Positions 10,215 through 19,099 of a stretch of 64,000 nt of DNA are shown here, piece after piece. Within the stretch, counting starts at the first letter, position 1. The number at the start of each line of letters is the position of its first letter. The stretch covers positions 96,001-160,000 of the forward strand of contig JBLWTJ010000003.1 of NCBI GenBank assembly GCA_048270185.1, written 5' to 3'. This DNA comes from Bacteriovoracaceae bacterium. Lineage in GTDB: Bacteria > Bdellovibrionota > Bacteriovoracia > Bacteriovoracales > Bacteriovoracaceae. The position numbers were made by a program, and so were the translations under genes. Below the pieces are notes generated by a model. That model was not told the DNA's origin. It saw only the letters and a list, made by a program, of their open reading frames with translations, and made no database searches.

Positions 10215-10490
10215 CTAACGTTTAACTGCTTCAGGCCTTAATTCCTCGACAAGATCAACCTTGCGTAAGTCCTTAACGATTTCTTGAGCAACATTAAATA
10301 GTTCAGGACTATCCATTCTTGCCGTATTTTGAATTTCCTTAACTAACTCTTGCACAGGAGTGGCCCCATTTAGCCCATTCCAAATAAAAGCGGCAATAAA
10401 GCTGACCTCAAAGCGCTTGCCCTGGGGGTTAACTAGGATTGGTGTTTGTGATGTAATCTTATTTTCAATATTTCCTTTTTTAATAAACAT
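10215..10490 (-). CDS. Stand-alone PqqD-family / RiPP recognition element (RRE) protein
   Basis: 91 aa with the pattern ILVNPQGKRFEVS-IAAFIWNGLNG-TPVQELVKEI...EIVKDLRKVDLVE. GGAGG RBS. Confidence 0.8.
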   Translation of the reverse strand: MFIKKGNIENKITSQTPILVNPQGKRFEVSFIAAFIWNGLNGATPVQELVKEIQNTARMDSPELFNVAQEIVKDLRKVDLVEELRPEAVKR

Positions 10491-10555
10491 AGCTACCTCC
10501 GTGTTAATTTAATCATACATTGCTAAGATTGATACACAATGCCAACTTGTTCGTA

Positions 10556-10570
10556 TTTGGTATAACCTAA
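10556..10570. promoter_or_regulatory. Putative LysR-type box (TTAG-N7-CTAA, one mismatch)
   Basis: TTTGGTATAACCTAA in the divergent pqqD-like/proB region. Similar boxes at 13845 and 16578. Confidence 0.5.
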
Positions 10571-10639
10571 TTAGCCAATCTCGCCCTTTCGGTATTTTGG
10601 AATTTGATTTATCTTAACTCCATGCCAAGACAAGGGGAT

Positions 10640-11791
10640 ATGATGAAACTTCGAAAGGAGATGCGTGGCGTAAAGCGCCTCGTTGTTAAAGTCGGAAGTA
10701 ATGTAATTACTAAAGAAAACGGTAGCTTAGATAGCCGAAAGATAAGAAAAATTGTTGAAGATATTTGTGACCTAATTGAGTCAGGTATTGAGGTCGTCCT
10801 GGTAAGTTCAGGGGCGGTTAGTGTCGGAAAGTCATTTCTTAAGGAACACCTACCTAGGCGTGGCCAAATCGATTTACAACATTCGGCCAGTGCCGTGGGA
10901 CAGCCAAAATTAATTAATACTTATTCAAGGCTATTTGAGGAGAATCAAATGATTTGCTCTCAAATTCTTCTAACACACGATGACTTTAGAAATCGTAAGA
11001 GGAATCTGCACGCTAAACAAAATATAAATGTTCTACTCAAAAATAATATAACACCAATTCTCAATGAGAATGATTCCATCTCTTTCACAGAAATTGCTCT
11101 GGGCGATAATGATCACCTCGCTGCTCAAACGGCTCAAATGATCAATGCTGATGCGCTTTTAATGATTACTTCAACTAACGGTCTATATGATCGTGATCCT
11201 GGTTTTAAAGATGCAAAACGAATCGCTGAGGTTCCATTTGGAAGTGACATCTTAGAGTCTGTAGATTTTCAAGGTAAGACGGCCGTTGGTAAAGGTGGCA
11301 TGGAATCTAAGGTGCACGCAATTACAAAAATCACACCACTTGGGATTAAGGCAATAATTAGTTCAATGGATACGGAGCGAATGATTATTGATCCATTAAC
11401 AAAAGATCTTGGAACTTATTTTGCACCAAAGAATGCTTATGACCCAGAAGAGAGAAAGGCATGGCTCCTATCAATGAAGAAGCCTAATTGCTATATCGAA
11501 GTTGATAAAGGTGCATTCCTGGCCTTAAACGAGAGTAAATCTCTTCTTCCAAAAGGAATCATAGATGTCTACGGACAATTCTATAAGGGAGACTGTGTCG
11601 ACATTATTTGTGATGGAGAAGTCTTTGCATCTGGTGTTTGCGAATACGGGCATTGTGAAGTTGAACAAATAAAAGGACGCCATAGTGATGAGATCGAAGA
11701 TGTCATTGGTTTTCGAACTTCATGTGAAGTCGTCCATACAATTAACTTAATTTTAGAAAAGGATATTATTGATGAAAAAATTAGCAACTAA
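10640..11791 (+). CDS. proB: Glutamate 5-kinase
   Basis: VVKVGS, VSSGAV, PILNEND, GDNDHL, GKGGMESK and a C-terminal PUA domain. Confidence 0.96.
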   Translation: MMKLRKEMRGVKRLVVKVGSNVITKENGSLDSRKIRKIVEDICDLIESGIEVVLVSSGAVSVGKSFLKEHLPRRGQIDLQHSASAVGQPKLINTYSRLFEENQMICSQILLTHDDFRNRKRNLHAKQNINVLLKNNITPILNENDSISFTEIALGDNDHLAAQTAQMINADALLMITSTNGLYDRDPGFKDAKRIAEVPFGSDILESVDFQGKTAVGKGGMESKVHAITKITPLGIKAIISSMDTERMIIDPLTKDLGTYFAPKNAYDPEERKAWLLSMKKPNCYIEVDKGAFLALNESKSLLPKGIIDVYGQFYKGDCVDIICDGEVFASGVCEYGHCEVEQIKGRHSDEIEDVIGFRTSCEVVHTINLILEKDIIDEKISN

Positions 11792-13010
11792 AGTAAGAAA
11801 AGCTTCAAAGGACTTAATGAAACTTGATATCGAAACAAAGAATAAAATCTTTGACGAGTTAATTAAGAACCTCGATGAAAAGAGAAGCCTTATTATTGAA
11901 AAGAATCAACTTGATCTTGATGAAGCATTTAAAATGGACTTATCGAGTGCCATGGTCGATCGTCTAAAACTAACTAGTGAAAGAATTGATCAGATTATAG
12001 AAGGTGTCAGAACAATCAAGGAGCAACCTGAAATTGTTGGAAGCTTCTATGATGAATTCACTAACGACTTGGGCCTTAGAGTAAAAAAACAAAGAGTACC
12101 AATTGGTGTAATTCTTATGATCTTTGAAAGTCGCCCAAATGTTGTTGTGGACTGTGCTGCCCTTGCTCTTAAGTCTTCAAATGCCATTATCTTAAAAGGC
12201 GGTAAGGAAGCGAAGCACTCTAACGAAGTTTTAGGAAGTATTATCAAGGAAACCCTTGAGAAGTTTACTAATACCGATGTTGTTGAAGTTCTAGCTTCAG
12301 ATAATCGTAGTCACTTAAATGAATTATTAGAATTAAAAGATGAAATTGATGTTGTGATTCCTCGTGGAGGACACGGCTTAATTAATCACGTTTTCGAAAA
12401 TGCTAAAATGCCTGTGATTGCTCACTATCAAGGCCTTTGCCATATGTATATTGACTCTGAAGCTGATGTTGAAAAGGCCGTCTCTCTCGTTGAAAATGCA
12501 AAAACTCAACGCCCTGGTGTATGTAATGCTATTGAAACGCTTCTTATTCACAAGGATATCCTCCCTAAGGTGAATGATAAGCTTGCCAAGCGCTTACTTG
12601 CCAAGGGTTGTGAGTTGAGAGTTGACGAAAGATTTAATGACTTAACGAAAGGGACTTTTGTTAAGGCGTCAAAAGATGATTGGTCAACAGAGTATCTTGA
12701 TAATATTTTATCAATTAAGACTGTGGATAGTCTTGATGATGCAATTTCTCATATTGACCAATACGGAAGTAATCACTCTGAATGTATTATTTCTACAATA
12801 GAAGATAATTGTAACAAATTCCTAAGAAGTGTTGATGCAAGTTGTATTATGGTTAATGCATCAACTCGCTTTAATGATGGTGGACAGTTAGGTCTTGGTG
12901 CCGAACTTGGTATTTCAACAACAAAACTTCACGCTTATGGGCCAATGGGTGTTGAACAGATGACAACTTCTCGTTACGTTGTTGTTGGTGATGGACAGGT
13001 TAGGAGCTAG
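11772..13010 (+). CDS. proA: Gamma-glutamyl phosphate reductase
   Basis: IFESRPNV, LKGGKEA, VIPRGG, CNAIETLL, NASTRFNDG, LGISTTKLHAYGPMG. Confidence 0.97.
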   Translation: MKKLATKVRKASKDLMKLDIETKNKIFDELIKNLDEKRSLIIEKNQLDLDEAFKMDLSSAMVDRLKLTSERIDQIIEGVRTIKEQPEIVGSFYDEFTNDLGLRVKKQRVPIGVILMIFESRPNVVVDCAALALKSSNAIILKGGKEAKHSNEVLGSIIKETLEKFTNTDVVEVLASDNRSHLNELLELKDEIDVVIPRGGHGLINHVFENAKMPVIAHYQGLCHMYIDSEADVEKAVSLVENAKTQRPGVCNAIETLLIHKDILPKVNDKLAKRLLAKGCELRVDERFNDLTKGTFVKASKDDWSTEYLDNILSIKTVDSLDDAISHIDQYGSNHSECIISTIEDNCNKFLRSVDASCIMVNASTRFNDGGQLGLGAELGISTTKLHAYGPMGVEQMTTSRYVVVGDGQVRS

Positions 13011-13013
13011 TCT

Positions 13014-13841
13014 ATGACCGTTAAGAAAGTTGCCGTTATCGGCTGTGGAAATATGGCAAGTGCAGTTGTGCGCTCTTTAGATAAGAGTGACATAGCAGAT
13101 GAGCAATTTGAATTTTATACGTACACTCCTTCAAAGACTAAGGCCGTGAAACTAGCGCAAGAAGTGAATGGTTCTGTACTAGAGAGTCTTAAAGATATTG
13201 AAAAGTGTGATTATATAATGATTGCTTGTAAACCACAGCAGTTTAATGATCTGGCCAATAATTTAGAAGGTATAGATTTATCTTCTAAAGTAATCATTTC
13301 AATTATGGCCGGTATCTCTTTGGCCCAAATTAGTTCTACTTTAAGTACTTCTAAAATTATTAGACTTATGCCAAGTATTCCAATGGAGAGTGGAGAGGGG
13401 ATATGCTTATTAAAGTTCTCTTCAAAAGTTTCCCGTGAAGACAGTGAGTTTCTAAAGAATGCCCTTAAAGATTCTTCAAGTGTTTTTATTATTGAAGATG
13501 AGAAGCTCTTTGATAGGGTGACTGTTATCTCTGCTTCTGGGCCTGCTTATATTTACTACTTCATGTCGGCCATGGAAAAGAGTTTAGTTTCTTGGGGCAT
13601 GAAAGAAGAAGACTGCAGACCTCTTGTGGCCCAACTCTTTCGCGGGAGTGCAAAGAATGCTCTTGATAAATCATCATTTGACCTGGAACTTCTCATCGAT
13701 AAGGTAACTTCGAAGAAAGGCGTCACCATTGAGGCCATTGATAGTTTTCGCGAAGATGAAGTCGAAAAATCTATCCAGTTAGGTCTTTTCAAAGCTGTTC
13801 AGCGTTCAGAGCAGATTAGAGAGAGTATGGAGGGTAATTAA
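13014..13841 (+). CDS. proC: Pyrroline-5-carboxylate reductase
   Basis: IGCGNMA, KPQ, ISIMAGI, SGPAY, VTSKKGVT. Confidence 0.93.
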   Translation: MTVKKVAVIGCGNMASAVVRSLDKSDIADEQFEFYTYTPSKTKAVKLAQEVNGSVLESLKDIEKCDYIMIACKPQQFNDLANNLEGIDLSSKVIISIMAGISLAQISSTLSTSKIIRLMPSIPMESGEGICLLKFSSKVSREDSEFLKNALKDSSSVFIIEDEKLFDRVTVISASGPAYIYYFMSAMEKSLVSWGMKEEDCRPLVAQLFRGSAKNALDKSSFDLELLIDKVTSKKGVTIEAIDSFREDEVEKSIQLGLFKAVQRSEQIRESMEGN

Positions 13842-13844
13842 GGA

Positions 13845-13859
13845 TTAGGTAAACCCTAA
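13845..13859. promoter_or_regulatory. Putative LysR-type box
   Basis: TTAGGTAAACCCTAA inverted repeat (TTAG-N7-CTAA) upstream of the small ORF/putP unit. Confidence 0.5.
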
Positions 13860-13910
13860 CTTGGGTCATTAGCAATTTAGTATGAATTTAGACAATGTTA
13901 AGGTGGATTT

Positions 13911-14096
13911 ATGAATAAGAAAAAATCAGAAAAATTAGTAAGTTGTCGTGTTCCTAAGAAGTCTTCGAATAATGCGAAGAAAGAGGACACTGTTGAAATC
14001 TCTAGGGCGAATCAGTTCAATATCGCCCAAAGACCCCTGGGCTTCCTTAGAAGAAGTCTAATCGAGGATGAGGATAACTGCCTCTCACGTCTCTAA
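13911..14096 (+). CDS. Small hypothetical protein (61 aa)
   Basis: ATG preceded by AAGGTGG. Fills the proC-putP gap. No recognisable family. Confidence 0.45.
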   Translation: MNKKKSEKLVSCRVPKKSSNNAKKEDTVEISRANQFNIAQRPLGFLRRSLIEDEDNCLSRL

Positions 14097-14146
14097 TCAA
14101 GAAATAAATAATTAGATAATACCAATCACAAAAAAAGGATCGTTAA

Positions 14147-15628
14147 ATGATTGTTTACAGTTTCCTCTTTTTTTTACTCCTCTTTGTACTAATTGGAGTT
14201 TCTTCAAGTCTTAAAAGTAAGAAAAACAACTCAGATTATCTACTGGCCGGGCATAATACGCCTCCTTGGTTGGCCGCTTTATCCGCTGTTGCCACTAATA
14301 ATAGTGGGTACATGTTTATCGGACTCATTGGTTATACTTATACCAGTGGTATCCAAGCGTCATGGATTATGATCGGTTGGATCGTCGGTGATATTATGAT
14401 GAGCTTCTTTGTTCATAAGAAACTTCGTGAAATCACAGAAAAAGAAAATCTACTAAGTTTCGGTGGAGTTCTTTCTCGTTGGCAGCGCGGAACAAGTTTT
14501 AGAAAACTAAGATTCATTGTCGGTGTTATTACTATTCTTTTCTTAGGTGTTTATGCCGCTGCTCAGTTTAAGGCCGGATCAAAAGCACTACACGTACTCT
14601 TTGGTTGGGATTACAGTACTGGGGCCATTATCGGTGCCGTCATTGTTTTCGCTTACTGCCTTTCTGGTGGTATTAGAGCATCTATTTGGACGGATGCTGC
14701 ACAGTCGTTTGTTATGATCTTTGCCATGGCCATGCTCTTCTTTGTAGGAGTTAGCCAAGTTGGTGGATTCGATCAATATGTAACGAAACTAGATGCAGTC
14801 TCTCCAGGTTTCTTAAGCTTCATGCCAACAGGGCTTGATGTGGAAGGACCTACTGGGGTTTTCCTATTCATTCTTGGGTGGCTATTTGCTGGATTTGGTG
14901 TTGTTGGTCAGCCACATATTATGATTCGTTTTATGACGATTGATGATTCGAAGAATATGACTAAAACAAAAATCTATTATTATAGTTGGTATATTGCCTT
15001 TACGATCTTAACAATCGGAGTCGGGCTAACTGCAAGACTACTTCTAACAAACTCTGCTAATTTCGATGCAGAGCTTGCACTGCCACTAATGAGTCAGCAA
15101 TTACTACCTGAAGTATTAATTGGTGTTGTTCTTGCCGGTATTTTTGCTGCCACTATGTCGACTGCAGACTCGCAGGTACTGAGCTGTTCTGCCGCCTTTA
15201 CAAGGGATCTACTGCCTAAGAAATCAGATAATGTTTATCTAACAAAATTAGCAACGGCCGGGACGACAATTATTGCTCTTTGTGTTGCTCTATTTGGTAG
15301 TAAGAACGTCTTTGAACTAGTTCTCTTATCATGGTCGATTCTAGCCGCTTGCTTTGGTCCACTGCTTTTTATCTATGCTATCGGGAAGAAAGTATCAGAA
15401 ATTACGGCCATTACAATGGTTGTTGTTGGAGCCGTGGTGACAATCGTATGGATGAATTTAGGTTATGGATCAGTGATCTATGAAGTTGCACCAGGAATTA
15501 TGGCAGGGTTAATTGCTTACTTTATCCTTTCTCTTACTCCTCTAAATGAGATTGTTGATGACAATAAGGTTAAAGATAATCGTACTCAAAACTTAGGTAA
15601 CGATGGAAGCAGCGAACTCTCTAGTTAA
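14147..15628 (+). CDS. putP: Sodium/proline symporter (SSS family)
   Basis: DYLLAG, LSAVATNNSGY, GGIRASIWTD, GQPHIMIRF, AATMSTADSQ; about 13 TM segments. Confidence 0.88.
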   Translation: MIVYSFLFFLLLFVLIGVSSSLKSKKNNSDYLLAGHNTPPWLAALSAVATNNSGYMFIGLIGYTYTSGIQASWIMIGWIVGDIMMSFFVHKKLREITEKENLLSFGGVLSRWQRGTSFRKLRFIVGVITILFLGVYAAAQFKAGSKALHVLFGWDYSTGAIIGAVIVFAYCLSGGIRASIWTDAAQSFVMIFAMAMLFFVGVSQVGGFDQYVTKLDAVSPGFLSFMPTGLDVEGPTGVFLFILGWLFAGFGVVGQPHIMIRFMTIDDSKNMTKTKIYYYSWYIAFTILTIGVGLTARLLLTNSANFDAELALPLMSQQLLPEVLIGVVLAGIFAATMSTADSQVLSCSAAFTRDLLPKKSDNVYLTKLATAGTTIIALCVALFGSKNVFELVLLSWSILAACFGPLLFIYAIGKKVSEITAITMVVVGAVVTIVWMNLGYGSVIYEVAPGIMAGLIAYFILSLTPLNEIVDDNKVKDNRTQNLGNDGSSELSS

Positions 15629-16478
15629 ATATCTCTATCCAATTTCAATAACCCTCCTCTTTGTAGGAGGGTACTTTCTAACACTCTTCAATATAAGAAG
15701 GGTTGAAAAGAGAAAGCTTAAAAATATTCGTAAACGAGATATCAATGATGCAGTTGAAACGGAATCACCAGTTGATGATCAAGAAAAAGAATTAAAATCA
15801 CAAGGGGTCGAGGGAATCGAAGGACGATTTACTTTTATCTCTCGTGCTCTTCCAATTATCTTTTTTATTCTATGGTCATTACTTGTATCCATTCCATACC
15901 TTGGAAAAATTCCAACAGTCTATGTCTCAATTATTGCGGCCATTGTATCTGTAATTGCAGGTTTTTCGCTTAGACCTTTTTTAGAAAACCTCTTTGCTGG
16001 TGTGATCATTTCGTTTTTTAAGTCGATAAAAATTGGCGATACCGTAACGATTGACGGTCACTACGGCCTCATTGAAGAAATTGGACTGACTTACTCAGTC
16101 GTCAAGAAGTGGAATTGGGTTCGAATTGTCATACCTAACTCAAAGTTACTTGAAAAAGAAATTCAAAACTTCACGATGAATGATCATTATGTTTGGGCCC
16201 ATATCGAGTTCTTTGTTTCACCAAGTGCTGATTTGACAAAAGTTAAAGAGATCGCAATTGATATCGCAAAGAAGTCACCATACTTTGCAGATATTGAAGA
16301 CCCATCATTTTGGGTGATGAAATTAGACAAGGATGCAATTGAGTGTTGGCTTGCAGCTTGGGCCAATAGCCCAAGTGATGCGTGGGAGCTTCGAAATGAT
16401 ATGCGAACTCTCTTACATACCGAGCTACAAAAAGCCGGAATTGATTTTCATAAATTAAATATTAAAACACAGGAATAA
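15603..16478 (+). CDS. MscS-family mechanosensitive channel
   Basis: IAGFSLRPFLENLFAGV, IKIGDTV, G-IEEIGL, IPNS motifs. Confidence 0.9.
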   Translation: MEAANSLVKYLYPISITLLFVGGYFLTLFNIRRVEKRKLKNIRKRDINDAVETESPVDDQEKELKSQGVEGIEGRFTFISRALPIIFFILWSLLVSIPYLGKIPTVYVSIIAAIVSVIAGFSLRPFLENLFAGVIISFFKSIKIGDTVTIDGHYGLIEEIGLTYSVVKKWNWVRIVIPNSKLLEKEIQNFTMNDHYVWAHIEFFVSPSADLTKVKEIAIDIAKKSPYFADIEDPSFWVMKLDKDAIECWLAAWANSPSDAWELRNDMRTLLHTELQKAGIDFHKLNIKTQE

Positions 16479-16480
16479 GT

Positions 16481-16570
16481 ATGAACTTTATAAAAAATAT
16501 TATTGAACGTATTCTAAGAATAATTCTTTTTGTCCTTAATCAGTTCTTCCCCCTTTCTTCAGATACTTAG
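16481..16570 (+). CDS. Putative 29-aa amphipathic peptide MNFIKNIIERILRIILFVLNQFFPLSSDT
   Basis: ATG lies 2 nt after the mscS stop, with AGGA 6 nt upstream. Not in the ORF track. Confidence 0.4.
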   Translation: MNFIKNIIERILRIILFVLNQFFPLSSDT

Positions 16571-16577
16571 AAGAGGC

Positions 16578-16592
16578 TTAGGTTTTTGCTAA
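16578..16592. promoter_or_regulatory. Putative LysR autoregulatory box
   Basis: TTAGGTTTTTGCTAA (TTAG-N7-CTAA) directly upstream of the LysR gene. Confidence 0.5.
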
Positions 16593-16625
16593 TTTGTGTT
16601 CAACTTGTTAAGCTAGGATGTATCA

Positions 16626-17603
16626 ATGATTAGGGGTTTGGCCTTGGAGAAACTTAAAGATATTAACTGGAATCACCTTTATTGCTTCTATGAAGTTGCC
16701 AAGGTGCAGTCTTTGAAAAAAGGCGCACAAATTATTGGAACTTCGTCTCCAACTCTGAGTGAACAATTAAAGAGACTTGAAAATAAATTCAATATGAAGC
16801 TTTTTCATCGTAGTTCTAAGGGATTAAGTCTTACACCTGAGGGAACACTTCTCTTTGAAAAAACCAAAGGTATATTTGAAGAGGGAAGTAAGCTCCTTGA
16901 GCACTTTTCTGAGGATGTTGTAGGAGGTTATCCTGTCTCTATTGGCATAGAGGAGACGATCTCTCACGACTTGGCCACAGAGTTTGCCTCTCAGTATTGG
17001 GACCTATACACAAAGTACGGAACAGTTAATACTATTCGCCAAAGTGATCACGATATTCTCATTGATAATCTCTTGCGTGGAAATATTGACTGGGGAATTT
17101 CACTAAGAAAACCTAAGAGGAAGTCTCTTGAAGTAGCAGAGATCGGTTCATTTGAAATTGTCTTTTGTTGCTCAGAAGAGTTATTTAATAAATTTAAAGA
17201 CGTAAAAGATCTACTTGTTAATATTCCATTTGCAGAAAGTAATTGGGATAAAACTCTCAACAAGGTTATCTTTCAACACTTAAGAAAGAATGGTGTTGTT
17301 CCAAAAGAGAAGATCTACAGCGACCATATCGATTTTGTTCATAAACTCTGTGCTCGTGGACGTTGTGTCATGTTTCTGCCACGAAATCCACTAGAGGGCT
17401 ATGAGGGTATTAAAACTTTTCAATTAGATGAGCCACTAAAAATGTCTCTCTATGCTATTTGGAAGAAGTCTGATGAAGGACTTATTTCAATTCGTAAGTT
17501 ACAAGAGCTGTTTCAGACAAAATTATCGAATGTTCCAAAGCGCTATGAAGATGTGGACCTTCAAATTGAAGTTTCAGATGTTTCTGAAGATCTACTGCGT
17601 TAG
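16626..17603 (+). CDS. LysR-family transcriptional regulator
   Basis: NWNHLYCFYEVAK...SPTLSEQLKRLE...LFHR...LTPEG HTH. Start may be TTG 16644. Confidence 0.92.
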   Translation: MIRGLALEKLKDINWNHLYCFYEVAKVQSLKKGAQIIGTSSPTLSEQLKRLENKFNMKLFHRSSKGLSLTPEGTLLFEKTKGIFEEGSKLLEHFSEDVVGGYPVSIGIEETISHDLATEFASQYWDLYTKYGTVNTIRQSDHDILIDNLLRGNIDWGISLRKPKRKSLEVAEIGSFEIVFCCSEELFNKFKDVKDLLVNIPFAESNWDKTLNKVIFQHLRKNGVVPKEKIYSDHIDFVHKLCARGRCVMFLPRNPLEGYEGIKTFQLDEPLKMSLYAIWKKSDEGLISIRKLQELFQTKLSNVPKRYEDVDLQIEVSDVSEDLLR

Positions 17604-17671
17604 GACTCATTAAATTCTATTGGTAAAAAAGTTCGAGACATTTAAAACATTATCTTGCTAGAATCTGCTCG

Positions 17672-17959
17672 ATGTTAAGATTATTTAAGTATCTATTCAT
17701 TGCAATTTTCTTTGTTGCCTTTCTGGGGATTACAACTCACTCCCATGACGATGTTCATGAAAATGAGCGTATCCACCAAGCATGTACACTGTGTCTTCAT
17801 GTTACTCACACAATTGCCCTCGATGGACTTGATTCTCAAGATAGTGAGCTAGCAGATATTGACCTGCTCTATAATCAATTACCGTCAATATTCGTTTCTC
17901 CAATAATTTCTTCTCAGATTAATTTTTCATGCCGTAGTCGCGCACCTCCTGTTGTTTAA
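17672..17959 (+). CDS. DUF2946/CruR-like leader protein (TM, His-rich, CxxC, C-terminal RAPP)
   Basis: N-terminal TM helix, HSHDDVH, CTLC, ends SRAPPVV. Upstream of metal-uptake genes. Confidence 0.8.
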   Translation: MLRLFKYLFIAIFFVAFLGITTHSHDDVHENERIHQACTLCLHVTHTIALDGLDSQDSELADIDLLYNQLPSIFVSPIISSQINFSCRSRAPPVV

Positions 17960-18013
17960 TTAATTATTTTATTTTCTATTTTTAAATTTTAATTAATTAA
18001 CAAAGAGGTTACT

Positions 18014-19090
18014 TTGAAAAACTTTTTATATATTTCTATTTTATTACTTAACGCGCAAGTTTTTGCACAATCACTATCAAAAAACTCAAGAGGAAGCAGC
18101 TTCAATCCGGCCATCGGTCTAAATGCTCTTACTCTTTATAAGAACTCTAGCCGTGACAATCACGAAGATGGATTTCAACTTCAAGAAGCTGAACTTCAAT
18201 TTAGTGCGGATGTCGATGCTTACTTTAGAGCTGAGGCAACAATTGGAATTCACAAAGAGCATCATGAGGACGATGCAGCTGAAGAAGAGCATGGGTATGT
18301 TGTTGAACCTGAAGAGATCTTTGTTGAGACAATTTCAATTCCAGCAGTAACGATTAAGGCCGGGAAATTCTATACACAATTTGGAAAGTACAATATGGTT
18401 CACACTCATGCTCAACCATTTATTTACCGTGGTGTTGTTCAAGAGTATATGTTTGGACACGAAGGTCTTTCTGAAGTAGGTGTAAGTTTATCTTACCTCG
18501 CACCACTTCCATGGTTTAGCGATATCACTGTTCAAGTCCTACAGCCTACAAACGAAGAGTTATTTGAAGAGTGTCATCACTGTATTGCAACTGTTGCTAA
18601 TGTGAAGAATCTTTGGGATCTGTCTGACTCACTGACGTTAGAGTGGGGACTTTCTGGATTATATGCAGATAATGAAAATCATGATTCAGGACTTGATGAA
18701 AAAGTAACTGTTCTTGGCTCAGACCTTACATTCAAATGGCGACCAGTTAAAAATGGTAAAGACGCTTCTTTTATTTGGTCAACAGAGTTCATCCATAGAA
18801 ATCTTGAAGGAACTAAGGATGAGAAAAATGGTGGTGTTTCATCATTTATTCGCTACCAGCTATCTCAACGTTGGTATGCATCGGCCCAGTATGAATTCCT
18901 AGGTCTTGGAAAGGATGAGAATTTAGCAGATCAAAATGTTTACACAGGAGCACTATCTTTTGTTCCAACTGAGTTTTCAGCAGTTAGACTCCAGTATGAC
19001 CAGATTCATGATGGTGAAGAAAGAGAAGAGAGAAGAGTTTCAATGCAATTAAGCTTTAGCATTGGTGCTCACCCTGCACACGTTTACTAG
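18014..19090 (+). CDS. Outer-membrane metal (Zn) uptake porin/receptor-like protein
   Basis: Signal peptide, FNPAIG, His/Glu-rich loop HKEHHEDD, HTH, C-terminal IGAHPAHVY. Confidence 0.78.
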   Translation: MKNFLYISILLLNAQVFAQSLSKNSRGSSFNPAIGLNALTLYKNSSRDNHEDGFQLQEAELQFSADVDAYFRAEATIGIHKEHHEDDAAEEEHGYVVEPEEIFVETISIPAVTIKAGKFYTQFGKYNMVHTHAQPFIYRGVVQEYMFGHEGLSEVGVSLSYLAPLPWFSDITVQVLQPTNEELFEECHHCIATVANVKNLWDLSDSLTLEWGLSGLYADNENHDSGLDEKVTVLGSDLTFKWRPVKNGKDASFIWSTEFIHRNLEGTKDEKNGGVSSFIRYQLSQRWYASAQYEFLGLGKDENLADQNVYTGALSFVPTEFSAVRLQYDQIHDGEEREERRVSMQLSFSIGAHPAHVY

Positions 19091-19099
19091 GAGTATTAT

